64,000 nucleotides of DNA from an uncultured virus (IMG/VR IMGVR_UViG_3300031758_000011). Taxonomy: Duplodnaviria > Heunggongvirae > Uroviricota > Caudoviricetes. Positions 8,951 through 18,600 of this stretch are shown here, one piece after another. Below the pieces are notes generated by a model. It did not search any database. It was given only the letters and a program-made list of their open reading frames with translations, and had not been told where the DNA came from. Both the position numbers and the translations under genes were made by a program. How positions within the stretch are numbered: the first letter of the stretch is position 1; each line of letters opens with the position of its first letter. Location of the stretch: positions 1 through 64,000 of the IMG/VR virus record IMGVR_UViG_3300031758_000011. The stretch is one strand, 5' to 3'.

Positions 8951-10207
8951 ATGGATAAAAAACCAAATGTTTTTCCTCAAAGAGAACAACCTCAAAACAA
9001 TTTAACTGACGCTGAAAGAATAGCTAATTTTGAACAAGAAAAAGCTATGGCGACTCACGAAATTTATGAAAACGCTAAAAGTTCTGATGAATTAAGTTAT
9101 TCACATAAAAACGCAGTTGAAATGATGATGCAGCGTACCAGAGAACAAATTCAAAGAAAAAATAAACAAGGTATGGTTGTTGAACCACAACTGGCTGAAG
9201 ACGCACCTAAAAAAGTAGATGCTAATCAAGATTTGATACGTAAAAGAGATGAACAGTTAAGATTAAATCAACAGCAAACTCAAAACTATCAAAAAATGTA
9301 TGAACAATCATACAATAATGTAAATAATAACAATAATATGGAACAACAAAATAGAGTACCAAATACTCCACCACCAACTCCGCCATCAGTGCCGCCAGTT
9401 AATAACACATATGAGAATTATGGTCAAAACCCTAACAATATTGACCCATACATTTATGAGTTAAGTCAACCTAACTATAACGCACCATTTGACGTTATTC
9501 CTTTACCATCTAGAGGTAAGTTATATAGAAGTAAAAAAGCTAACATTAAAATAGCTTATATGACAACTGCTGATGAAAACATTTTATCATCACCAAACTT
9601 ATTACAAAGTGGTCAATTCTTAGAAATTTTAATCAACAGAAAAATATTGGAACCAGAAATCAGATACAAAGATTTAACTATTGGTGATAGAAACGCTATT
9701 ATGTTATGGCTTAGAGCAACAGCATATGGTGAAATGTATCCAGTAACTCTATTAGATGAATTAGATGAACCATTTGAAACTGAAATAAATTTAAATGAAC
9801 TTAAAGAAATTGAGTTAACTGCTGAACCAGATGAGAATGGTGAGTTTACATTTGAATTACCAGTAACAAAAAATGTAATTAAATTCAAAGTTTTAACTTG
9901 TGGTGACGTTGACGAACTAGAAAGAATTTTAGAAAAAGAAAAAGAAAATAAAGTATTGGTAAACAATGCGTCAACTTATAAATTAGAAAGACAAATTGTT
10001 GAAATTAATGGGAATAGAGATAAAAGATATATAAAAGATTTTGCTTCATCTATGAGAATTGCTGACGCTAAAGCATTTAATGAATATGTTGAATCAATTG
10101 AAAGTGGCATTGACCTAAACATCAATGTTCAGACCCCAGGGGGAGGGTCTATCGCCACCTTTCTTCCCCTTAGTGTCACATTTTTTTGGCCTAACATCAG
10201 ACTTTAA
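8951..10207 (+). CDS. Baseplate hub / tail assembly chaperone (T4 gp26-like) with a Q/N/P-rich N-terminal extension
   Basis: The C-terminal region FDVIPLPSRGKLY..IAYMTTADENIL..GDRNAIMLWLRATAYG..FFWP is the gp26-like family pattern. The gene lies between the tube and tape measure genes. Confidence 0.7.
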   Translation: MDKKPNVFPQREQPQNNLTDAERIANFEQEKAMATHEIYENAKSSDELSYSHKNAVEMMMQRTREQIQRKNKQGMVVEPQLAEDAPKKVDANQDLIRKRDEQLRLNQQQTQNYQKMYEQSYNNVNNNNNMEQQNRVPNTPPPTPPSVPPVNNTYENYGQNPNNIDPYIYELSQPNYNAPFDVIPLPSRGKLYRSKKANIKIAYMTTADENILSSPNLLQSGQFLEILINRKILEPEIRYKDLTIGDRNAIMLWLRATAYGEMYPVTLLDELDEPFETEINLNELKEIELTAEPDENGEFTFELPVTKNVIKFKVLTCGDVDELERILEKEKENKVLVNNASTYKLERQIVEINGNRDKRYIKDFASSMRIADAKAFNEYVESIESGIDLNINVQTPGGGSIATFLPLSVTFFWPNIRL

Positions 10208-10472
10208 GCCTATTTTATTAGAGGAGATTTATATATGTACGCAATATTTGAAAAACGTCACTTATAATGACGTTTTATCAATGCCTACATATGAAAGAAG
10301 ATTCTTTTTAAATATGTTAATAAAGGAGACCAAAGAAAAAGAAGAACGGATTGAAGAGATGAAGGAGAAGGAAACCAAATCTAAAACGACTGGAAAAGGT
10401 AGTAGAGAAACTAGAGTTTCTGGAGAAGCATTAAAAACACAAATGAAAAATGGTATGATACCATTACAATAA
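10125..10472 (+). CDS. gp51/gpT-like tail assembly chaperone C-terminal ORF, probably expressed by +1 frameshift from the upstream gene
   Basis: It overlaps the upstream ORF in the +1 frame across a T7 run (10181-10187). EEIY..TYNDVLSMPTYERRFFL resembles small tail-chaperone extensions. Confidence 0.65.
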   Translation: MFRPQGEGLSPPFFPLVSHFFGLTSDFKPILLEEIYICTQYLKNVTYNDVLSMPTYERRFFLNMLIKETKEKEERIEEMKEKETKSKTTGKGSRETRVSGEALKTQMKNGMIPLQ

Positions 10473-10473
10473 G

Positions 10474-10497
10474 TCCCCATTTTAATGGGGATTTTTT
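10474..10497 (+). terminator. Intrinsic terminator
   Basis: TCCCCAT-TTTA-ATGGGGA followed by T6. Confidence 0.85.
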
Positions 10498-10531
10498 GTT
10501 TTTTGTAATATTTATATAAAAATAGCTAAAG

Positions 10532-12157
10532 ATGGATAAAAAGATAGTCATAACCGAATCACAGTTTAATAGACTTAAAAATTTAATTAAAGAGCAATTA
10601 TTGTTGGAAGATAAGTTATTCAACCAAATTTCTGCTAGATTGCGAAACGTGACAATAAAAGATGAAAATGATGCAATGGAATTTTTATCAAAATCAGAAA
10701 ATAAACCAGTGTTTGATTATATTCAAAACGCTGTAAATAATTCATTAAACGCTAGAGTACCAAAACAAAAAGCTCAATACATCAAAGACCTTAAAACTAA
10801 ATTAAAAGCGGTTTTTAAAATGCTACAGAAACCAGAAAATGAAGTTGACGCTAGTATGGCAAATCTTTTGAATGGTTACGCTAAATCTAAAAAAGTTAAT
10901 AGTTTTGATGCTATTGTTGAAATGTTAAAAACTTCAAATACATCTGGTAACCAAGCGTCAAAAGCTAAATCAATTGATGATTTATTAGATAAACCAATGG
11001 GTCCATCTAATCAGCAAAAACAAGAACCTAATCAAACTAATGCGGTTGCTGCTGATAACGAAAATAAAGAAAGTGTTAACATTAATCAAATGATTTATGA
11101 TTTCGTTGATACTTTAAATGGGTTAAAGGAAAATGATGTTTTAACTATTAAGTTACCTAGAATGGATACTATGAAATTAACGTGTATTAATAATACATCT
11201 AAATATAGTATTTTTTTCAAACTAGCTGATGACGTAGATACAGCAACAGAAAAAATTGAATTACCTAAAATACCAGAAAAATATAAATTCGATGAAAATA
11301 GCCCAGTACCAAATTTTGAAGTCCCATCAATTGAATATATTAACGATGAAGGCACGATAACTAAAAAAAGTGAATTAATCAAAGGTATATACGAATGGGA
11401 TATTGATGAAGCTGGTGGTGAAGAGCAAAGTGATGAAGAACAAAACGGTGAAGAACTTACCACAGATGAAATTGAAAACGACATAGATGACCCTAATGTA
11501 AGTCTTGAAAATTTCATGGATGATATTATGAGTGATGAATCTAATGAAACTAAAAGTAATGCTTTAGATTTATATAGGTTAATAAAAAAAGATAAAGATT
11601 TTATGGAGGTCCAAGGTGGTAAAAACCCTTCATTTCTGAAATTATTATTTGCTAATTTAACTGGTAAAAAGATTGAACCTAGAAGAGGTAATATACCAGT
11701 GTTGAATAGTATTAGCAAAGTTTTTGATGATAGGATAACTAATAAGTTAGGTGAAAATTTTATTGAGAATAAAACAGTATTTTTCAAACCCTTAGAAACA
11801 ATAGAATTACCTTATGTTCAAATGGAGTGGGACGCTACTGATAGAGTGCGTAAACCTATTAACAAAATATTTGAATTAAAAGCTAATTCTGAGTATACAT
11901 TTAGAGACGCTGTAAAAGTTAAACAATTTTCAATTGATTCATTAAAATATGGAGAATACAGAGTATTGGAAAATGCTTATAATAAATTTAGAATCATTGT
12001 CAAAGAGAAATCAACCCAACCTCATACATTTAATTGTGATGTGTTTAAATATTATACAGATGCAGCAAATAATCAAAAGGTTTCAAAGAAAACAAATGTT
12101 TTAATTGAATTTTTAGATTCTGATGGTTATAAAATAAACAAAGTTAATACCAATTAA
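10532..12157 (+). CDS. Hypothetical protein, probably virion-associated
   Basis: 541 aa with an N-terminal KKIVITESQFNRL motif and an acidic central linker, directly upstream of the tape measure gene. Confidence 0.65.
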   Translation: MDKKIVITESQFNRLKNLIKEQLLLEDKLFNQISARLRNVTIKDENDAMEFLSKSENKPVFDYIQNAVNNSLNARVPKQKAQYIKDLKTKLKAVFKMLQKPENEVDASMANLLNGYAKSKKVNSFDAIVEMLKTSNTSGNQASKAKSIDDLLDKPMGPSNQQKQEPNQTNAVAADNENKESVNINQMIYDFVDTLNGLKENDVLTIKLPRMDTMKLTCINNTSKYSIFFKLADDVDTATEKIELPKIPEKYKFDENSPVPNFEVPSIEYINDEGTITKKSELIKGIYEWDIDEAGGEEQSDEEQNGEELTTDEIENDIDDPNVSLENFMDDIMSDESNETKSNALDLYRLIKKDKDFMEVQGGKNPSFLKLLFANLTGKKIEPRRGNIPVLNSISKVFDDRITNKLGENFIENKTVFFKPLETIELPYVQMEWDATDRVRKPINKIFELKANSEYTFRDAVKVKQFSIDSLKYGEYRVLENAYNKFRIIVKEKSTQPHTFNCDVFKYYTDAANNQKVSKKTNVLIEFLDSDGYKINKVNTN

Positions 12158-12159
12158 TA

Positions 12160-14895
12160 ATGGCTAAAAGTAGAAAACAAATAGAAGAAGAAGCTAGGAT
12201 AGTTTTGCAAATGCTTGAGAAACAAGTTAATTTGCAAAATAGTGTTAATAGTAGTTATGATAAATATATTGAAGCGGTAAAGAAATATAAAGATATTCAA
12301 GCTACTTTAACCAAATCTTTAGAACTAGAAAGAAAAACTCAAGCTAAAGTTGATAAAGAAATTGCTGATAGAAAAAGAGGTATTATTAACTTAACTGATG
12401 AAGAATTAGAAAAAGAAAAAATCAAATTAGAAATTCTAAAGAAACAGAATGTTCAATTAGATTTACAGCGTGAAATGTATCATGATACATTAAAAGAAGT
12501 TAAAGCTATAAACCTTGCGTTAACTAATTCTGTTTTACCTACTTTAAAAGCCATGGAAAAAATTCCAGGACTTTTTAAAGGTGCGTATAACAGTTTAAAA
12601 GGGTTAGGGTTATTTGAAATGGATAAAGCGATGAAGCAATCAGCTTTATCAATGGGTATCCTAAGTAAAGAATCTGCTGGTTTTAGAGGTTCTATAGTTT
12701 CTGCTGCTAAACAAACAGCTATTATTGGTGTTGGTGTTAAAGAATTATCACAAATACAAGCACAATATAGTGAAGGTGTAGGTACAACAGCTTTAATGTC
12801 TGAAAAGACGTTAAAATCGTTAGGAGAGATGGCTGTGGCTACTGGGTTAGGTGTTGAAGGTACATCTCAAATGGCTATGGATATGCGTAACCAAAACATA
12901 GCAGCTGAAAGTACTGTTAAATTTGTTCAACAAACGATGAACGATTCGCATAAAATGGGTGTTGATGCAACTAAAGTAGTTAAACTAATTTCTAAGAATA
13001 TAAAAATGCTAAACAAATACAATTTCAAAGATGGAGTTAAAGGTTTAGCTAAAATGGCAGAAACAATAACTAAATTAGGTGTTGATATGGAATTTGCGGC
13101 TGGTTTTGCTGATAAACTTTGGGATGTTGAAGGCGCTGTTAACATGTCAGCTCAATTACAAGTTATGGGTGGTGCGTGGGCTCAAATGGCTGACCCATTC
13201 CACTTGATGTATATGGCTCGTAATGATATGGCTGGATTGACTGAAGAGATTGGTAAGGCTGCTGAACAATCGGTTATATTCAACAAGAAAACTGGTCAAT
13301 TTGATATGTCAGCAAAAGAGATGCATAGATTAAAAATCATTGCTGAACAAACTGGTATCGCTTATGATGATTTAGTTACGGCTGGTAAGAATGCTAAGAA
13401 ATTCAGCATGATTAAATCACAAGTTAATTTTGATTTTGGTGGTGATAAAGACCTTAAAGAATATGTTACTAACAAATCCTTCATAGATGAAAAAGGTAAC
13501 GCTAAAATAGTAATTAATGGGGAGACTAAGTTATTGAAGACTTTATCTCAACAAGATAAAAATATTTTGAAAACACAAATGTCTGAACAAGCGTCATTAA
13601 GAGCTAGAGCAGAAGAAGCTCAATCTTTTGATGATACTTTATCAAACTTGATGATGCAATTAAAAATATTTTTATTACCTTTAATAACTAAACTTAGTGA
13701 CCCTAAAACTGGTCTGGTATCAAAATTACAAAAATTTTCAGATAGTTTAAATAAAAAAGGTGGTTTTGGACAAACAATTGAAAAAGTAGCCGAATGGTTT
13801 GGTAACATTGTTAATGCTTTTGGTGAATTTATGGTTGAACATCCAGTGTTGGTTGCAACAATCGCTGGTTTCACCAAATCAATACCATTATTGATTGGTG
13901 CTTTTAAATTGTTTGGTGGTCTTTTTAACGCTGCTAAATGGTTTTTAAATGGTATTGCCTTATCTAAAGGGTTCATGTTGGGAACTGGTGGAGGAATGGG
14001 TATGGGTATGGGTCGTGGTCCTATAGGTGGCGGTATGGCTAATTCAATGTTTAGAATGGGTGGCGGAGCTGCTTATGGTACACCTGGAGGTATGATTGGA
14101 CCAGCTTTACCTAAACCAGGGTTTGGTGCTAATTTTAAAGCTGGTCTTGGTTCAGCTGGTGCTATTAGTGGTGGTTTATTAGCTGGTGGTATTGCTGGTT
14201 TTGGTGAATACGGTGAACAAAAAGAAAAAGGTAAAGGTGCTGGTGAGGCTATCGGTAGAGGTGTATTAAAAGGATTAGGAGCTGGTGCTGGTGCGTGGGG
14301 TGGTGCGGCTGCTGGTGCTGCGCTTGGTACTATGTTATTACCAGGTATTGGTACTATAGTTGGTGGTTTAATAGGTGGTATGGCTGGGGGTTCTATTGGT
14401 GGTACAGTAGGTGATTTAGATACTTATGGTGTTAATGACGCTATATTTACTAACCCTATAAATGATGGGTTTAGTATTAGTAAGCCTAGTAAAATGATGT
14501 CTAGAAAATTTGGTACTAATTATTCAAAAGGTAAAGGTATATTTAATAATGGTACTATAACACCGATACATAACGCTGATAAAGTAAAAGCTATAATGGC
14601 TAGCAAACCTGGAGGTGGAATTGATAGATATGAACGAGAAATGTTTAATAAATCAACAAATACGCAACAACAAGTCGTATCAACTTCAAATAGACATACA
14701 TTTGACCCTATTAGCGGTAGTCTTACAGTTGAAATTCCAGGACTAAATAATAAATCGTTTACTGTTGAAGAAAAAGAACAATTATTTGAAGAAATAAGAG
14801 AAAAATTGAAAAGAAGAGTAACTGAGGACGTTACTTATACTAACAATAAAACTAAAAATGGTGGAAAATTAAAACCTATGCCAGCTAAATCTTAA
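12160..14895 (+). CDS. Tape measure protein
   Basis: 911 aa, helical and Ala/Lys/Met-rich, with hydrophobic segments and a glycine-zipper region (GAGAGAWGGAAAGAALG..IGTIVGGLIGG). Canonical position after the chaperone genes. Confidence 0.8.
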   Translation: MAKSRKQIEEEARIVLQMLEKQVNLQNSVNSSYDKYIEAVKKYKDIQATLTKSLELERKTQAKVDKEIADRKRGIINLTDEELEKEKIKLEILKKQNVQLDLQREMYHDTLKEVKAINLALTNSVLPTLKAMEKIPGLFKGAYNSLKGLGLFEMDKAMKQSALSMGILSKESAGFRGSIVSAAKQTAIIGVGVKELSQIQAQYSEGVGTTALMSEKTLKSLGEMAVATGLGVEGTSQMAMDMRNQNIAAESTVKFVQQTMNDSHKMGVDATKVVKLISKNIKMLNKYNFKDGVKGLAKMAETITKLGVDMEFAAGFADKLWDVEGAVNMSAQLQVMGGAWAQMADPFHLMYMARNDMAGLTEEIGKAAEQSVIFNKKTGQFDMSAKEMHRLKIIAEQTGIAYDDLVTAGKNAKKFSMIKSQVNFDFGGDKDLKEYVTNKSFIDEKGNAKIVINGETKLLKTLSQQDKNILKTQMSEQASLRARAEEAQSFDDTLSNLMMQLKIFLLPLITKLSDPKTGLVSKLQKFSDSLNKKGGFGQTIEKVAEWFGNIVNAFGEFMVEHPVLVATIAGFTKSIPLLIGAFKLFGGLFNAAKWFLNGIALSKGFMLGTGGGMGMGMGRGPIGGGMANSMFRMGGGAAYGTPGGMIGPALPKPGFGANFKAGLGSAGAISGGLLAGGIAGFGEYGEQKEKGKGAGEAIGRGVLKGLGAGAGAWGGAAAGAALGTMLLPGIGTIVGGLIGGMAGGSIGGTVGDLDTYGVNDAIFTNPINDGFSISKPSKMMSRKFGTNYSKGKGIFNNGTITPIHNADKVKAIMASKPGGGIDRYEREMFNKSTNTQQQVVSTSNRHTFDPISGSLTVEIPGLNNKSFTVEEKEQLFEEIREKLKRRVTEDVTYTNNKTKNGGKLKPMPAKS

Positions 14896-14912
14896 TTTTT
14901 TAATAAAAATAC

Positions 14913-14941
14913 TTGACATTGTCAAAAATTTTTTGTATATT
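14913..14941 (+). promoter_or_regulatory. Host-type promoter with a palindrome over the -35 element
   Basis: TTGACA-N17-TATATT. TTGACA-T-TGTCAA (14913-14925) is a perfect inverted repeat. Confidence 0.6.
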
Positions 14942-15010
14942 TATTTAAATAAATAATATTATATATAAATAATAATATAAATAATAAATAATTTAATTAA
15001 TTAATTTACT

Positions 15011-15502
15011 ATGAATTTTAAAAAAAATCAATCATTATTTAATTTATTTGATTCTTTATTTTCTGATAAAGAAAAATATGAATCATTTTATAATCAAATA
15101 ACAAATAAATTAACACCTTCATTGGGTTCAACAAAAACTGAAAGTGGCGTTAATGAAGATGGTTCAAAGTGGTATAAAACAACTTTTACATCAAATGATG
15201 GTTCTTATACATCTTCATCATATGTTTCTTCAACTAATTTTAATGATAATTGGTATTCTACATCAACAAATAACGTTGAAACACCTTCTGAGTTACATAC
15301 ACTTCAAAATAAATTAGAAGAAGCTATTTCAACTCAAAACTTTGAAGATGCTGTTAAATACAGAGATTTAATTAAAAATTATGAAAAAGTTTCTGAAAAG
15401 TTAACTACTTTAAATTCTCAATTAGAAGAAGCTATTTCAACTCAAAACTTTGAAGAAGCTATTAAATTAAGAGATTCAATTAAAAAGTTGGAAACTAAAT
15501 AA
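15011..15502 (+). CDS. Protein with two tandem UVR (UvrB/UvrC) coiled-coil motifs
   Basis: LQNKLEEAISTQNFEDAVKYRDLIK and LNSQLEEAISTQNFEEAIKLRDSIK match the UVR consensus L..AI..E.FE.AA..RD.I. Confidence 0.8.
   Translation: MNFKKNQSLFNLFDSLFSDKEKYESFYNQITNKLTPSLGSTKTESGVNEDGSKWYKTTFTSNDGSYTSSSYVSSTNFNDNWYSTSTNNVETPSELHTLQNKLEEAISTQNFEDAVKYRDLIKNYEKVSEKLTTLNSQLEEAISTQNFEEAIKLRDSIKKLETK
15312..15456 (+). repeat. Perfect 37-bp direct repeat inside the UVR gene
   Basis: AATTAGAAGAAGCTATTTCAACTCAAAACTTTGAAGA at 15312-15348 and 15420-15456, 108 nt apart. Confidence 0.9.
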
Positions 15503-15523
15503 TTTTATATAAATAATTTAATT

Positions 15524-15553
15524 AAAGGGTACCAATTATTGGTACCCTTTTTT
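15524..15553 (+). terminator. Intrinsic terminator
   Basis: AAAGGGTACCAA-TTA-TTGGTACCCTTT followed by TTT. Confidence 0.9.
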
Positions 15554-15611
15554 CATTTATTTTTTATAATTTTTGTTTATTATAGTATTTATATAATAAA
15601 ATAAAGTTACT

Positions 15612-18600
15612 ATGCCTTTATATCCTACATATAATACAGCGTCACCAACACCTAGTAACCGTAATACGATAAACAGTATTATGGGTCAATCACTTAATAT
15701 TCGTGACTGGTTATTGGTTCAAAATTTAGGGCCAAAATACCCAAGCGCTTTATCAAAAGCACCAACAACTGTTAAAATTGGTGAACCAATAACTGATTTA
15801 TTCAACCCAAATTCACCAAAATTAGCTGATATAGTTACTGATGGTATTACATATAAAAATCAAGTTACATTTGCTAATACATTCAAAGCTGATTCTCAAG
15901 TGCCAAATACTGCAACACCATATGATATAGTACCTTATGTTGCTATTCAAAAATTTGTTGATTTTGGTAATGTGAATACAACTGATTATAAAAAATGGGG
16001 TACTTATCCTAATTACCCAAATTCAGTTATAGACCAATATGGAATATTTAGCAAAACATCAGTAGCCGCTTATAAGAACGATAATTTATTTAATAATCTT
16101 TATTATGACGCTGATAAACAAATTGATTCAGCTCAAAAATATTCTGAACAACCAAAACCATTTGAAAATAAAGACACTAAAAAAGGTTATATTGACGCTA
16201 ATGGTAATTTAATATTTAATAATCAAGGTAATCCGTCATCAAATCAAACTGCTGATTTAATTGGTAGTTTAGTTACTGGACAAGGAGTTGGAATTTCTCA
16301 AAATGGTTTAGTTAGTAATTATGACGTTAGGTCTTCTTTAGCTGGTAGAGTGTTAGGTGCTACTGGTAATTTACAAGACACTAAATTAGGTCAAATAGGT
16401 GGTCAGCAATTATTATTAGCGTTAACAAATAATGCAGCGTTTAACGTTCAAGAATCTGTTTTAGGTGGGTTAAATCTAAAAGAAAACGTATATAGTTTAT
16501 TAAAAGGACAAGGACTTGCTGGTTTTAGACCAAGTTATAAAATAACAATACCAGAAGGTGGATTTACTCGTACCTTAGACGCAGCAGCGACAATATTAGG
16601 GTTTTCTTTACCTAGAAGTTATATGAATCCAGCTGGCTCTATTTTTCAATCTGAGACTGGTGAAATTGATAATATAACTAGAGCTAACGAATTATTAAAA
16701 ACGACTGGTAAAGGTCAGTTATTTGCGTTATTAGAAAACGTAAAAGCTAGTAGGAATGGTACTTCTATTTATGATGACCCATTAGCAGAAATAAATCAGT
16801 TTAGAACTGGTTATGTACCAGCTTATTTGATAGATAATGAAGATACTGAAACATTAACTGATACTGAAATATATGCATATTCACAAAATGGGATAATAGT
16901 TGATTTATTATGTACAGATGATGGTAGCGGTAAAGGTAATAAATACGCAATACCTACATTAAATTATAACAAAAAATTAATTGAAAAAGATTTTCAAGAT
17001 TTTGTCACAAAAGGTATTGATAATTATGAACAAACAGATGGTACATTAACTAATACTGTTAAACATTCATGGGTTACAAATGAAGGTGGATTAGTCAATT
17101 CTAAATATGATATATATCATGTAAATAACGCTTACGAAGCCAAGCCTTTTTCTGATAAGAAGAAAAATATATTAACAAAAACACAGCGTTTATTTGATTC
17201 TAATGGTATGAAAACATTAGTATCTAGAGAAGGTGATTTAACGGTCACATCAAACCAAACACAGACAGCTAATGGTGGTGGTATTTCAAAAGGTAGTGCT
17301 GTGTTGTCATCTTTTATGTATAATAGCAATGGTAGATATAATGCAGTTAAAGATATTGAACCAGAAGACGTTTATTGTCGTGCATGGACAACATATAACA
17401 GATATGTAACTGGGTTTGACCAAATAAGAGCAAATGAATTATTTACTAGTGACGGAATAAATGCAGTTCCATTTAGATACAATACAGAAAATTCAGTTTT
17501 AGAAGCTAATGGTCACGTTAAAGTAGTACCTTACATAACAGATAATATAAGTACTTATAAAACTGATGTTAAAAAATTTATGTTTTCAATTGAAAACTTA
17601 GCGTGGCATGATGAAAGAGAAAATTTACCAAAAAGTGAACAAGGTCCAGGCGACCTTATAACTGGTAAACGAGGTAGAATCATGTGGTTTCCTCCTTATG
17701 ATATTAATTTTAGTGAAAGTTCATCTGTTGAATGGGAATCTAATAAATTTATAGGTAGAGGTGAACCAGTATATACTTATAATAATACCGAAAGAAGCGG
17801 TCAATTATCATTTAAGGTAGTTGTTGACCATTCATCATACATGAACACTTTTAGAGGCGAGGACGGTCCAGATGATAATTATATTGCGTCATTTATGGCT
17901 GGTTGTATCGACCCAAGTAGTGTTTGGACTGATAAATTTACTTTAACTGAGAATGTATCAACAGTAACAAAAGAACATAGAACAAAAATACCAAAACCAC
18001 GAGCTGAAAAAGAAGAAGAACCAACAAAAATGCAAGTTTTCTTCCCAAATGATAACGCAAATCTTGATGGTAAATTTGCTGATTATGAAAATGGAGAATG
18101 TGAAGGAGTGCCAATTGATTATACTGTAAACCCAAAAGGTGAAGGTTGTGGTATACCATCATATAGAGGTAAATATACATCTCGTTCATATTGGTCAGAT
18201 AGTAATGATTTTGGATTAAATAATGGAGGTCCAGACGCTATTGAAGCAAAACTTATGGATAAAACGTTTAAAGGTTTTCTTAGTGAAGATGCTGGAACAA
18301 CATATTTCCAAGCGTTAACTGAACATTTAAAACAAAAATGTAAACATTGTAACGTAAAAATAATAGGTTATGCTAGTGACCAAGGTAATGATACACCAAA
18401 CGCTAAATTAGCTAAAGATAGAGCAACATACATAAAAAATATATTAGTTGAAAAAGTTGGTAACAATTTAGGATTAACTGACGCTGAATTAAATAAAAAA
18501 TTTGTAGCGTTATTAAGTAAGAGTAAAGAATTACAAGCACCAACAACAATTATAAAATCTTACATTTACAATGGTGTTAAAAAATTTGTTAATGTAAAAG

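Noticed and set aside
10221..10267. GAGGAG followed by ATG at 10235 as the start of the second chaperone ORF
   Set aside because: That ATG is out of frame with 10125-10472 and closes after 10 codons.
15312..15456. 37-bp repeat as a mini CRISPR array
   Set aside because: There are only two copies, in frame and encoding UVR motifs, with a 71-nt gap and no cas genes.
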